Notes under the pieces: generated by a model
Database searches by the model: none
What the model saw: the letters and a program-made list of their open reading frames with translations, nothing else
Told to the model about the DNA's origin: nothing
Shown: positions 50,808-64,000 of the stretch, piece by piece
How positions within the stretch are numbered: the first letter of the stretch is position 1
Layout: every line of letters begins with the position of its first letter
Translations under genes and position numbers: made by a program
NCBI RefSeq assembly: GCF_026210795.1
Contig: NC_089432.1
Location: 5,084,001-5,148,000 of the forward strand
Source of the DNA: Rhizophagus irregularis
Lineage: Eukaryota
Direction: 5' to 3'
Length of the DNA stretch: 64,000 bases

Positions 50808-51038
50808 TTTGAATATGTATATAAATGTTGTGGAAAAATTATTTTATTCCGAGTATGAAAAAAAAAAGTTTTTTTATTTAATTAGTAATTTATGGACATA
50901 CAATTACACAAATTACACAAGTGCATGCCAATTATTTTAGAGATACACAAAAAAGAATGTGACTTTAATCACGTGCAATGAACTAGTGAGGTAATCGCTC
51001 GCTGATCATATATTCATGTTTGCTTTATTTCACGTATT

Positions 51039-51623
51039 GCCGGTCCGCCACTCAACGGTACAAAATGATCGGCAATCTATTTCGACGGACTTTTATATAT
51101 TAAATACTATTGCTCTGGAATGGTGTTTGCACTATCTTAAAAACACGTCACAACAACATAAATACTTCAAATATTTGCTAGAAAAAGGTATTACATTACC
51201 TGGGTGTGTTTTCCAAAACCGGTAGGATCAAGGTGTGCCAAAAAAAAACTAAAAAAGAAAAATAAAAAAATATTTTTTTTTTTTTGTTATTTTGTTAATT
51301 TGGTAAAGAAAATAATATATATTTTTCAATAGTGTTAAAAAAACCTCGTAAAATTTGCAAAATTCGTGTATAAAAAATCTTATCTTAACTAAAATATAAG
51401 GTGGAATGGTGACTTCCTCCAAGGTAAACTTGTTAAATTTTATATCGAACGATAAAAAAAATTTTTTTTTGTGGCTTATTCACGTTTAATGTTATTGATT
51501 GGTGAGTCATCGTTACATTTAAACGTGACCTTGTGGGACAAAATCGACATCAAAATATGCCAATTAACGTAATTCATATAAAATCTGCGCCGGATCTACA
51601 AATTAATTTTGTGACGGACTGGC
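51039..51623. mobile_element. Unclassified MITE (~585 bp) upstream of copy 5
   Basis: TIRs GCCGGTCCGCCAC / GTGACGGACTGGC; absent from the paralogous upstream region of copy 6 (~54820-54850); TSD ambiguous. Confidence 0.72.
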
Positions 51624-52266
51624 AATTAAGTTTTTACGAAAATCAAAAGAAAAAATGCAATTTAAGTCTAGTTATTTTAACATTTTAAATAAAATATTAT
51701 AACTTTATCAATGAAATGGTGAAGCCTATAAAAAAAATTCTGGAAAAATTCCGATAAATGATCATTTTATTCCGAAGAAATTCAAACACGTGATCATTTT
51801 TCTGAAAAATTTTTTATAGGGTTTCATAAAAAAAAGCATTATGACTCATAAAGTATTACAAATTTTAACTGTCAGATATAACTATACGAGTCTAAATCTA
51901 CTCTATGCGACCGTGTCTGATTATCAATGATCGATTTTTTTAGTGAAAATCTTGCATTAATTGTAGTTTAAATTTTTTATTGACTATTTGTGCAAATAAA
52001 TAGTTTGAAATCAAATATACTGTTATGAGTTAAATTTTATTGGTCAATTTTGAGAGTACTGTTAAATGAAAATAATGTGCGAATCAAATTATTAAATATG
52101 TAATTATAGTTAATTTCGTCCTTTATCTATTAGGTAAGTAAGTAAAAAAAAATTTCCCGATAGTTTAGTAATAAATTAAAGAGTGAATAATAATCTAACT
52201 TTAAAAAATATAGCTCTTTAAAAAAATACATGATGATTTTACCCACATTACAAGAAATTTTAATAA

Positions 52267-52447
52267 GTATTAGTTATTTACTAATCTAGATAGTAGTATA
52301 TAAATGGGTTATCATCCGAAGGATGATGGCCCATTTATATACTAAACTAGATCAGTAAATAACTTTTTTATCATCCTAGATATACTAATTGGTCCGCCAG
52401 TTTATAACTGGCGGAAAAAATCCTAAATACCAATTAGTAGCCAGGTG
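52267..52447. mobile_element. 181-bp double-hairpin insertion without TIRs
   Basis: Absent from the paralogous flanks (48620: TTAATAATATTAATT); flanked by ATAA on both sides; made almost entirely of two long stems. Confidence 0.7.
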
Positions 52448-52579
52448 ATAATATTAATTAATGCTGATTTGCCATAGAAATTTATCTATAAATAAATTTA
52501 ACATACTAATTATAAATTAAATATTTCAAGATGTATACACTACATTATAATAAAAATGGTTTATTATTAAATAGATTGA

Positions 52580-54574
52580 TTACAGTTTTAATCGTTTTTG
52601 AGCAGCTTCATACCCTTGTTCTGTAGATTTTTTATACCAATAAATTGCTTTATCTATATCTTTTGCAATACCTTTTCCAATTTCATAATAATAGCCAATA
52701 TTAAACATGGCTACTATATTTCCATTATTTGCAGCTCTTTTATGCCAATAAAGAGCAAGTTTTGGTTCTTTATTTATACCATATCCATTACCATAACAAA
52801 TCCCAGTAAACACCTGTCCTATTGCACAATCTTTATTAGCTACTTTTTCAAAATATTTAAAAGCTAATGAAAAGTTTTGTGAAGTTCCATATCCAAGCCT
52901 ATAACAAGAACCAACAAAATATTGTGCCAATGTATGATCTTGTTCAGAAGCATTAATAAATAAATTAAACGCCATATTATAATTTTCACTTGTTTCAATT
53001 CCACAATAATTAAAAAATCCAAGTAAAAAAATTGAATTTGAATTATAATTTTGATTATTAAATAGCCAATTATAAATTTCTTGTGGATTTATATTTTGAT
53101 TATTTATATAATCAATAACTTTCTGTCTTAATAAAGTTGACACATTTCTCCTATTTAGCACTTTAATAATAAATTCTATAATATTATTAACTATCACACT
53201 TAAATCATTTTCAAGGTAAAATATTTTGGCTAATAATTTGATTACTTAGTGATGTCATGGATCCCATTATTTCTTTTGTATTCATTCTATTGAATTCTTG
53301 AATAACTTGAAATAATTCTCCATGTGATGATCTTTCAATACTATTTAAAACTATATTTTTATTTGTCAATGATTGATCAGTTTTCTCATCAATATTTTCG
53401 TCTTTTTGATTAATTATACCATCTAATCTTTCAACAACTTCTTGAATAGATGGCCGATTATCTGGGTTATCATGCCAACATTCTAAAAAAAAAATCAAAA
53501 TATTCAATTATAATACTATTTTCATAATCAGATAAGAAATGTTGAACCTACCAGTATAAAGTTTAACATATTCAATGGGCAGTAGTTTCTCTATGACCTT
53601 GCATAATTTGCACAACTAAACAACCATCATATGATTCTCCTTCTGCATAAAAGGGTGGTTTACCACTTGATATCTCCCACAAAAGTACGCCTACACTGTA
53701 TACGTCACTCTTCTTATTTAAAGAATACTGAATTTTTTTGGATCCATATAAGGAACTACACCAAATAGATCTTTTTTCTTGTTAGTTGACGATTCGATTC
53801 TCTTTGACAATCCAAAATCCGCTAATTTGATAGTATCTTGATTGACTAATACATTATTAGAATGCTATAATAAAAGAAATAAAATATAAATAATTATAAT
53901 AAAATAATATATTTAATATAATAATTATTTTATCAATAAATTTGATAAATTACCAAATCACGATGTATTATGTCTTCATCATGCAAGCATGATACGGCAC
54001 TAGCCAACTGGTAAGCAAATTTAAGTTTATCTTCCCATATAAGTTTCTCAAAATTTTCTTTCAAATAATTGCAAAGAGAGCCACCGTCGGCGTACTCCAT
54101 AACTAAAAGATATTTCTTAACGTTGTCATTTTGATTTTCTAAATAAATAAAGAATTCATTACTTTTGATTGATTGTATTTAATAATAAAAAGTATTATTT
54201 TATTTATTACCTTGATCTGAAATACTAGTAATCCCATAAAAACTAATAATATTATCATGAAAAATAACTTCACGTTGAAGTTCAATCTACATATTAACAA
54301 TAAAAAATTTAAAACGGAAATAACATATAAATTATGTTAGTATAATACATCATATTTTAATCACCTCATTAACAAGTTCCTTAATTGCTCCTTCATCAAT
54401 ATTAAGAAGAGATTTTAATGCAAAATATTTAGGTGATTTTTTCCATTTTGCACGATAAACTTTTCCAAAACCACCGATACCAATTTCTTGAATATTTTTA
54501 AAATATTTATATTCATAATGTTTAATATGCTTTTTAGCAATAGCTTCATCAATCCACCTAAACCATTCATTCAT
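52580..54574 (-). pseudogene. Kinase + 4 Sel1 repeats, copy 6, frameshifted
   Basis: First ATG changed to ATT; 10-bp (~53727) and 11-bp (~53580) deletions in exon 4 with a stop between them; +1 insertion at ~53213 creates TGA. Confidence 0.88.
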
Positions 54575-57500
54575 TTCTGAAATTTTGACTATGTATATAA
54601 ATATTGTTATGGAAAAATTATTTTTTCCGAGTATTAAAAAAAAAAAAAGTTTTATTTAATTAGCAATTTACGGGTATACAAATACAATTACACAAATTAC
54701 AAATTACATAAAGGTGCATGGTGAATGCAGGTCAAGATACACAAAAAAGAATGTGACTTAGTCACGTGTAATGAATTAGGTAATCGCCCGCTGATCATAT
54801 ATTCATATTCGCTTTATTTCACGTATTAAACAAATTAAACAATTAAAGTTTTTACGAAAATTAAAAGAAAAAAAATACAATTTAAGACTAGTTATTTAAA
54901 CATTTTAAATATAATATTATAACTTTATCAATTAAACGGTGATGAATATTTTAATAAATAAAAAAAAAATCGATGTTTGATTCAAGTTTATCGGCAAGAG
55001 AGATAAATAAGAGATTTTTCTGGCAAACAGTAAGAGAGATAGCGAAAGATAACGGGGCAATTGATGGAGTACTAATTATTAAAGATTATATTAAGAATTA
55101 CGGTGGTCATTTTGGAAAAATAATTAGGATAAACAAAATCAGATATATCTTGATTTATTTCAACAACGAAGATGACATTATGAACGCAGTTTATAAGTCA
55201 GCAATGGAGGGATGAAATAGGAAAAGGATTCAAATTGAAAGTCAAGACGAATTAATTTTGAAGGATGGTAAGTTTAGGACACGGAGTATCCAAAGGACGA
55301 TACTATCCTTTAGAGAATGAACAATTTTACGAGGCAAAGGATAGTATAGACTGAGGGTTCAAATATTCTAACCACAGAAAAAGAACTAGAAAATTTTAAC
55401 AATTTAAATGAGAAATTTAGTGATAGAATAACTGAGATTAATGATAAATGATTGTGAAAAGGTAACAGAGATAGATGATTTGAACGTTAACAAGAAACGT
55501 ATTGCGCAAACTCAAGGTGCTAGGGAAAATAGTGATAGTTAGTAGACACATAATAGAGTTTTTTAGCGCTATAATAATTGTATCCCAATTTAGACAGGTT
55601 TTTATAGTATAGATTCAAATTTGTAGTAGATAGATACTTTATCGACGCAATGTATTTACTTACGTTGATTTTAGAATTGATTACGCTAGCAATTATTCCA
55701 ATACAAATAAAGTTTATAAAAAAATAAAATAAAAATAAAATAAAGTAACCTGTAGTCTAATTACGTTTCGGACCTCTTGTTCAACACTCATATAAACATA
55801 TACGATCAGAATTTCTCAGAGGTCCATAACATAAGTACCTCACGTGATTGACGTTCGTAACTCAACTTCAGGACCAAAACATGATCGTCTCTGAGGTAAA
55901 TGAGTACTGAATTGAGATCTATTCCAGTAAAAACTCTGACATAAAATCGGATATAATGGAAGAAATAGTATTTACAATTTTTATGAAATAAATACTCAAG
56001 AAATTATTACAATAAGTCAGTTAATGACTAAATTAAAAATTTGCAAGTTCTAAACTACAGTCTATAGACAAAAAATATGTCCATGTGAGTATTTGACTAT
56101 GCGTCTGATCATATTGTCAGATAACATCACTTGCAGTATAAATGTTGGCTTATTTGTGCAAATAAATAGTTCAATTTTGAGAGTACTGGTAAATTAAAGT
56201 TTTAGTTTTTAAGCACAAAGAGACGAAATATAAAAATAAATCAAAAATTATAACTTAATTATAAAAAATTTATAATTCTTATATGTTTTGAGTTTTGACA
56301 TTGTTTAAAGTTTAAACCTTTTCAATTTTGACTTCTAAAAACAAAAAGTCAAAAACGATCTAGACAAGTTACTTTAAAACTTTATAGTATTGTATATTGT
56401 TATTAAATCTCAGTAATAAATATTTGTTTTCACTGTTACACACTCTATAAACTCGTATCATAAGTTTCTGTAATATTTTTAAACAACTTATGATAATCTA
56501 TCCTATTAAAAAATTGTCATATTTAGATTACCCTGTATAAATAATGCGGTGAATTGTATAACATTGAAAAATGTGATATTCTTGCGTCCGATCTATTTCG
56601 TATTTATCATCATATCATAAATAATTAAGGAAATTTGATTCGATGTCGGACAACTTCCTAACTACGATAACCAATCTTTAAACTAATACATTTCCAGTTA
56701 ATTAGAATTTTAACTTATTCTGACGGATTAATACTAACAAAAAAAATTATAATTTTTCTTATTAATTGCATTTTATTTGCGGTTATTTCCGCTCTCTTAA
56801 TTACCACGACTAAATAATAATTTCTTTAGACCAAAACTACCTTTTTCTTATTAATTTTTATCCCTCCTTTTAATTATTATTATTTCTTTTGGTTAACAAC
56901 CAAAAATTTTTATTTATTTATTTTTTTTTTGTTTTATTTTTATTGGATATCAAAATTTTTTGGAATTTTTTAACCCAAAAGATATTGTTTATTCTTTTTT
57001 TGGTTTGGGTCAAGACTATAATCATTAGAACTATGTCCTACGGCTTTTTCGATGTTGTTTCTGACCAATAAATTCGCATGATATTAATTATATAGATACA
57101 TAACAATATTAATAATTTTGAAATTAAATCTATAATAAATTTTTTGATAAATCTATATAACTAAAAAATCTATATAACTAAAAAATTTGTCTGATGTTTG
57201 AATTAGTCTCCGCATAAATACTTGGAAATTGGAATTATGTAACTTGAATCCCATGCCATAATAATTAAACCCCATGACATACCCTCCGCCTGATCCATTT
57301 ATGGTCAAAAACTATTCGATCCGTGACCTTAATCGGAATTTTTTTTTTTATTATTAATTCAAATATTTTTAGCTTTTTTTTTGATTTCATTTTTTTTCAA
57401 TCTGAAAATAATTTTTTCTCCCTTTTCTTCTTTCGGTTTAGTCTTTTTTTCAAACCGAAAAATTTATTTTTTCTCATTCTTTTCCCATTTACGTTTAATT

Positions 57501-60500
57501 TTTTTTTCCCAAACTGAAAATTTTTTTTTATCAAATAATCCCATTGTCTCAGTCTTTTAAGACCAATTTTCTTTTATATTATTTTTTTTCGATCTTTTAT
57601 TTTGGACCGTATTGTTACTTAAAAAAAAATTTTTTCAGATTCCTTTTTTTCAGAAATTTCCCTTAGTTTTTTTGAGCCGATTTCTTCCTTTATCCTTTTT
57701 CTTTCTCCCAAATTTTTTTTTAATTTTTTTTTCTTTTTCTTTCAATTTTTTTTATTATTATTAAATAAAGTAATAAAATATTATATTAAATATATTTACA
57801 AAATTATTATTTTTTTTTTAAAAAAAAATCAATATAACATGTAGGAAAATTGATATTCAAATGGTTTAGTTACATCTACTGTATATGTACATATTTAATT
57901 TGTTTTTGCTTTCAGCAATTTCAGGAAGTACTTTACCTTCTTTATCTAAAATACTTGGATAAATTTTTTATATTAACCTGCATATTTGTACCAATTCGTG
58001 ATAAAAATTTTGAACACTTGCATTAATACAACATAACTCACATAGATTTGAAAAAGAATTTTTCATCTGGATATTGATATAATGGATATTTTACCATTTT
58101 TATAATTAACTAATAAAAAGCTTATAAGTTTCTTTCCTTCAATAACTTTAATCTCGGAAAAATTCGGTCAATATGATTGAGATGTTTGCAAAATCTAACA
58201 TAATTAAAAGAAAGTTTTGCTTTTGAGAATTTGTTTCAATGATATTTTCATTCTTTAAAATTTTAATTGAATTATATGATAAAAGTGAAATGAAAATATT
58301 AAGCAATAATCTTTTATTATAAGCGTATATATAAGGGCAACTCCAATCATAACTTCACACGAAAGATGCTTTTTAACTAGTAGTAAACACAAAACTAAAG
58401 ATTTTCCAACTTTATTCTCATCATATTTTGTGGATGAATAGATGATTGGTCATTTCAACAGCTGGAAGGATGTGATTTGAATCCTGGTTATAGGAAACAA
58501 GAATATTATATAATTAAATGAAAATTTTCAGCTATATTATATAAAACGGAAATTTGGGTATAAAATGAATGATAATTTATATTTTATACATACTTAAATC
58601 TAACGCTAATACGAGTTCTGTTCTTCGAAGTTCAAAGTTAAAGATAATGATCTTTGTTTTTTATCAAAATATGATAATTGCGGATACTATTTCATCTTTT
58701 TGGCGAACATAAAATCTATAATCATATAAATCACAGATGTAACTGATCTTGACATGATATCTCAGTTGTTTCATGTAATATGTCGATATCTACTAATTTT
58801 TTCAATTAAATTGTTCATTTTATTAACATGAAAAAATTATAATATTATAAAAAACATTCTCGTTATTGAAAACACAGTATGATTTTATTAATGAAGTTCA
58901 TCGTTTATTAATTTTTTTAGTTGTTGCTATGTCAATCTTACATTTCTGATACAACATCAATAACATTTCAGAAAATTGCAATTTACAACAACGTATATTT
59001 ATTTAGTTTGGCTATACCTGTGATAATAAAAAAGTTTGACTTACATGGTTGGCCACATCAGTAAAAATTTATAGCCGATCATCAATTAATCCATGTGATA
59101 TTGCCCACATACTATAATACCTATAATATTATTATTGTCTAGGCTATTAAAAAATAATCAATATCCGATATTAAATAATGTACAGTATATAGTTTATCCA
59201 TTTAACTGATGCTATAAGCTATGTCACGGTCAAATAATATATTCCCAAGTATGTAACACTTATTATGATACCTCTATTATCTGTAATGTATAAATCTGTG
59301 TCATTATATCTAATTGCTGGAAAAGCTTATACGGTAATAATTACATCGCTCAAAATTACTTGAAGCTAAATGTCCAAAGCAAAAATATAGTAAATATAGC
59401 AATATCTATCCTTTACCAATATTAATTTACTTTAAATTTTATTATTTTTGATTATGATATTTTAGAAAAAACTTGATAATTTTTTTTTTAATTAACTGTT
59501 AAGATTCATATTACAGTACAAGTTTCAGATCAATTAGCTTATGAATCAATTGATGTGACAAATGTGACTCATCTTTATAAATATAAATCTACAATACAAT
59601 AACCAAATACATAATATGCGATTTTTTACTGCAAAATATTATATAGTTTTATATTATATAAAGCTTATGTATAAGTGAATACATCAGTGCTACTGATTTA
59701 TAGGGGGTAAATCATATTGAAACAAATGTGACTCATACATGATAATCTTTATTTTTTTTATGATCTATCAAATGTTTTTACAAGTATATATATACCCTCA
59801 CTTTCTCAAGAAAAAATTCAAATTTCAAATATTATTTTTCAAACTTTCAAGTATTATTTTTCAAATCGCAAATATTATTTTTCTCAAATATTAATCTTCT
59901 ATATCAACTGAAAATGTCTTATCAATTGTGTGCAAATATTATCTCTACTGTTTTCAATGAAATACCAATCAATAAATGCTATAACCTTCCTCAACAAATC
60001 GAAACTCTTCAACAAATTGAAACTCTTCAACATCCATCATTATTTCAACATCTATCATTACTTCCATTACTTTTTTACATTCTTTTTATAATCCTTCTCA
60101 TAAATACCAATCTCCTCAATCATATAATTGTTTTGTTTTTTATTTCATTGAAATACATAATTATTATACTCTTTTTCATTCTTAAACATCTCCCTTCTCT
60201 TCCTTCATATCTCTATAATTTATTTTACGCTTTTAAAAATTTTTTGCTATATATATTATTATCATTTACTATTTATATATTATCTACCTTATCATCAATT
60301 CTTCTTCATCTTCTTTTTTTGCTTAATTGCATAATTTATATTCTCCACTTTTTTTATTCTTTGCTTTATAAATTAACCTATTTATTAAATAATATAATTT
60401 CCCAATAGCTTAGTTACTATCTTTTTCTTTTCTTTTTTTCTTTCTCAATAATCTTATATTACGTAGCTAGGTCCATTGCTTACCAAATATAGCATGGAGA

Positions 60501-60540
60501 CGTAATCTTTTACCCTTTGGTCAACTTGGGAATACTTGGC

Positions 60541-60775
60541 CATTCTTAGATAGATAATTTTTATAAGGGGATCGTTTGCATCGCCCATGAAGCATTGCAC
60601 AGCGCTGATTGGTGTCAGAGAGATCCTTTGTCTTATAAAAATTTACCCTTTTTTGATCATTTGACCATTCTTAGATAGATAAATTTTACAAGGGGATCGT
60701 TTGCATCGCCCAATGCTAATTGGTGTCAGAGAGATCCTTTGTCTTGTAAAATTTACCTTTCTTGATCATTTGATC
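60541..60775. repeat. Two tandem ~120-bp hairpin units
   Basis: CCATTCTTAGATAGATAA..GGGGATCGTTTGCATCGCCCA..ATTGGTGTCAGAGAGATCCTTTGTCTT occurs twice. Confidence 0.85.
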
Positions 60776-63700
60776 TATCTCATGTGATTTCATTCTTTAC
60801 ATGTGATACCCTTTATTTCATTCCTTTGTTGAGTTCTTTCCTTAATAACTTATTAACTCAACATTATCCATCACCGTTGGTTCCACAATTTTTGTGTCCA
60901 AGTTCAATTCTTGGAGGTGATTTTCTTACTAATTAGTCTTTTTTTCAGTTTTCTATTGATGTGCGTGATATTTTAATAATGTTTAATGGGTGCAACAAAA
61001 AACATGGGGTCAAAAAATTGTAAGCTTTCTCTCTGGTTGCGTTAATTTTTGAAGTGTAAAAATATAAATTTTTAAATTTTCAATAAGTATCAAACGTATT
61101 TTGGATTCAGAGGACAAAGCCAACAAAGTAGAAATCATGACCAAAATTCCTTTAAAATGAATAACATTGCACCAAAGGAAGCCGTTGAAGTCATAAAGAA
61201 GTATCGCGTGGATGGGAAAAAAATGTACATACAAAACAAAGTGACCGATGATGCATCAGGTCTAAAAGAGGTAAAGGAAAAGCTAATAGAACTGGAAGAG
61301 ATTAATACAACAGCTTCTATGGGAACACATCAGAACGGAGGTGCTAAAGAGAATTATTGATGATGCAACTTTGCCGATCCTGATTGAATTTTGGTTTGAT
61401 TATCTATTAAAAGGCTCATTTAAACTGCTTCGTTATTGAAATCATGTTAAATTGCGCGTGACATCATATGTAAGTGAGAGCAGTCTTACTAGTGATATTT
61501 AAGTATATCATTGATCGATCTGTAACGTTCTACGTTATGATTGTTAAAATAAAAAAATAACATCATATTAATGAATGTCAATTCTTTGGTAAATGACTAA
61601 TCTGAAGCATCTCGTGGCTCGTGCAAATTGACTTTTATTTATCAGCAATTTTAATTTAAATTACAAATTAAGAAAATTGTAAGAATAGCTAAAATTTTAG
61701 TGTTTAAGTAATATAAATAGTAAAAAATAATAAAATAATGTATATAAATAGTGAAGAATAAAGAAAAAAATTATATAAAACTATAAGCAATGTTGATTTG
61801 AATTTATAATTCTTTCGCATCTAAATAATTATGTTGCAATGATATTTTTAATCTATAATTCTTTCGTATCTAATAAATAATTATGTAAAAAAAAAAACTT
61901 TTAGCGATAAAATTCGTCTTTCTAATTTTTGAATAAAAATTTAAATTTTGTCATTATCTACAACAAGTAAATAAAAAATAATTTTTGTTTTGTAAAATAA
62001 TTATTTTACTTACAAAATGACGCTTCTTATATTTTGTTGCACCTGTAGTATTATTTCTTCGTTAATTTGGACATCTGAAAAAAAAATTATTCATAATTAA
62101 TAAAATTTTTGTAACTGATGAATAACGATCATACATACCATGTTTTGAAGCTTTTCAATATTAAATAATTTGGAGCTACCTAAAATTATTAAAAATTTGT
62201 TATTCGTTTGTCTATTTCAACTACAAAAAAAAATTTTCATGTATTACGAATAAAATTATAATAATTTTAAAATTCCGACTACTTGATTTATTAAAATCTT
62301 CGACTAAAAAAAAAAAAAATTATCAACCAATTAATTTTAAAAAATATATTAAATATATTATTGTTATAAATTTAATAATTACTTACTATTATTATCAGGG
62401 ATTTCAAAATCATACGGTGTACTGTGAAATGCTGTTAAAGAATTAAAGATATCGTAAAAAAAAAAATTATATACTCAATATACAACCTATGATATTTCGA
62501 GACTATTACAATTAAAATATTTTCAAAATAGAAAATTTTCAATTATACCTTCTAGTTCTTATCAAATACAAAGTTAATTGTAATAACTTTAACAACTAGT
62601 TCTAACTAATTAATATTGTCAGATAAAATTCTTTTGAGTAATAAAATTCTACTGCATACCATAAACTTATTTAATAAAAAGTTTAAAAAGGTTTACGATA
62701 TCTTTACAATACATATTATGCAAAAAAATAACTAATTTCGGAGTTTTTTAAATTGGGAAAAGGTAATTTTGCCTTTACATATTTAGTAATATGATGAATA
62801 AATTTATCTAAAAGCACATTATGACTAAATGAAAATATTAGCGTTTGATTTTAGATAAAAATTAAAATAATATAATAACATTATCAACATAATATAATTC
62901 AGTATTAATTAATTGAAATTTTCAAGACATAAAATTTCAGATGATTGAAAGTCTTATCACAAAAGGCAAATTCATTTAATTTATATTGTATTTGAAATAA
63001 CCTTTGAATTCTTAATAATATTCATAAGATTTGTACAAAAAAAAAAATACATAATTATTAAAGAAATATACTATAAATTTTTAATTATTCATTCATAAAC
63101 TATTATATATTAAATTATCCAATATGTCAATATTCAATATTTCAGACATTTCTTTTTCAAATCCAAATGAGATAAATTTTTTACTGTATGAAAATAACGA
63201 CACGTTTTACAACAAAAGCATTGCAGATCGTGCAGGTCGATAATCTTGAATATCAAAAAATATCATGTGGTGCACTCACGTGTAAAGAAATTTATCAGAA
63301 CTCACCTGGAAATTTTAGCTAAAAGAAATTGTCAACATATCATATCAACAACAAAAGAAGAGTTGTAAAGGATGTCGAGCTATTTTGAATCACGCTCAAA
63401 AAAGATAACAACAGAAAAATCTGATGTAATGATTAATTAAACAGATATAAGAGAAACCATATATAATTCTTTAACTTTTTTAAGTAATATTAATAAGCTT
63501 TATGAGGGAGAAAATACTGAATTAAGCATGTGTTTTGATATTGAGTTATCAACATTAGTTAATGCGATTTTATAAAATAATGGTAGTGAAAATATTGAAA
63601 ATATTAATTCTGAAATTGGGCATTATATATTATCTCTTATATCAGAAGGTGATGGCTATATGTGGGTTTCCATTTTAGGAGTGAAAAAAAGGGCTCTCTT

Positions 63701-64000
63701 CTTCTTGAAAAACAAACAACAAACATTCATTGTTAGATAAACAAAGAGATACTCCTGATTATTTAAAATGATACCGGCATTGTAATAGGTCAAATAGGTC
63801 AATAAACATTGAATTAATATCATTTTTAAGCTAAATGTCATCTTTGGTTAAAAAAATATTTGGCCAAGTTTTAAATTATTGGAAAAGATGAATGATGATA
63901 TTAAAGCACTAAAAAATCGTCAAACTACACTAAAAACTTGGAGAAATTGAACCATAATGCGTTGTATTAGGAATAATATTATATCATATTTGTAAAGTAT

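Noticed and set aside
53580..53730. Compensating 10+11 bp deletions rescuing copy 6
   Set aside because: The shifted frame hits TAA right after the first deletion, and exon 5 has another frameshift.
59914..60408. 164-aa hydrophobic ORF as a membrane protein gene
   Set aside because: L/F/I/Y bias is expected from T-rich DNA and I recognise no motif; unproven rather than excluded.
57880..62650. Minus-strand spliced gene remnants
   Set aside because: Scattered splice-like signals and coding-like patches, but I could not assemble a consistent frame or family.

Overview
AT-rich eukaryotic DNA with short GT-AG introns; gene content points to an arbuscular mycorrhizal fungus (Glomeromycota, Rhizophagus-like; inference). 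The window holds a cluster of six 5-exon protein-kinase + Sel1-repeat genes (four intact, two pseudogenes) and a decayed Crinkler-N/trypsin-fold protease gene. A nested mobile-element block spans about 20.3-36.4 kb. It is a head-to-tail array of three minus-strand units separated by an identical 14-bp motif (AAGGTTTCAAAATA). Two units are about 2.7 kb; each encodes a related ~680-720 aa basic protein with no RT, transposase or recombinase motif I can recognise, and each has conserved 5' and 3' structured motifs and an A-rich tail. One unit is split by a full-length Ty3/Gypsy retrotransposon. That element carries a TA-TSD TIR element filled with micro-exon/intron-like repeats in its 5' LTR, and a hAT MITE in its integrase. 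Several other MITEs and small hairpin elements are present. Coordinates were read by eye and may be off by a few bases.
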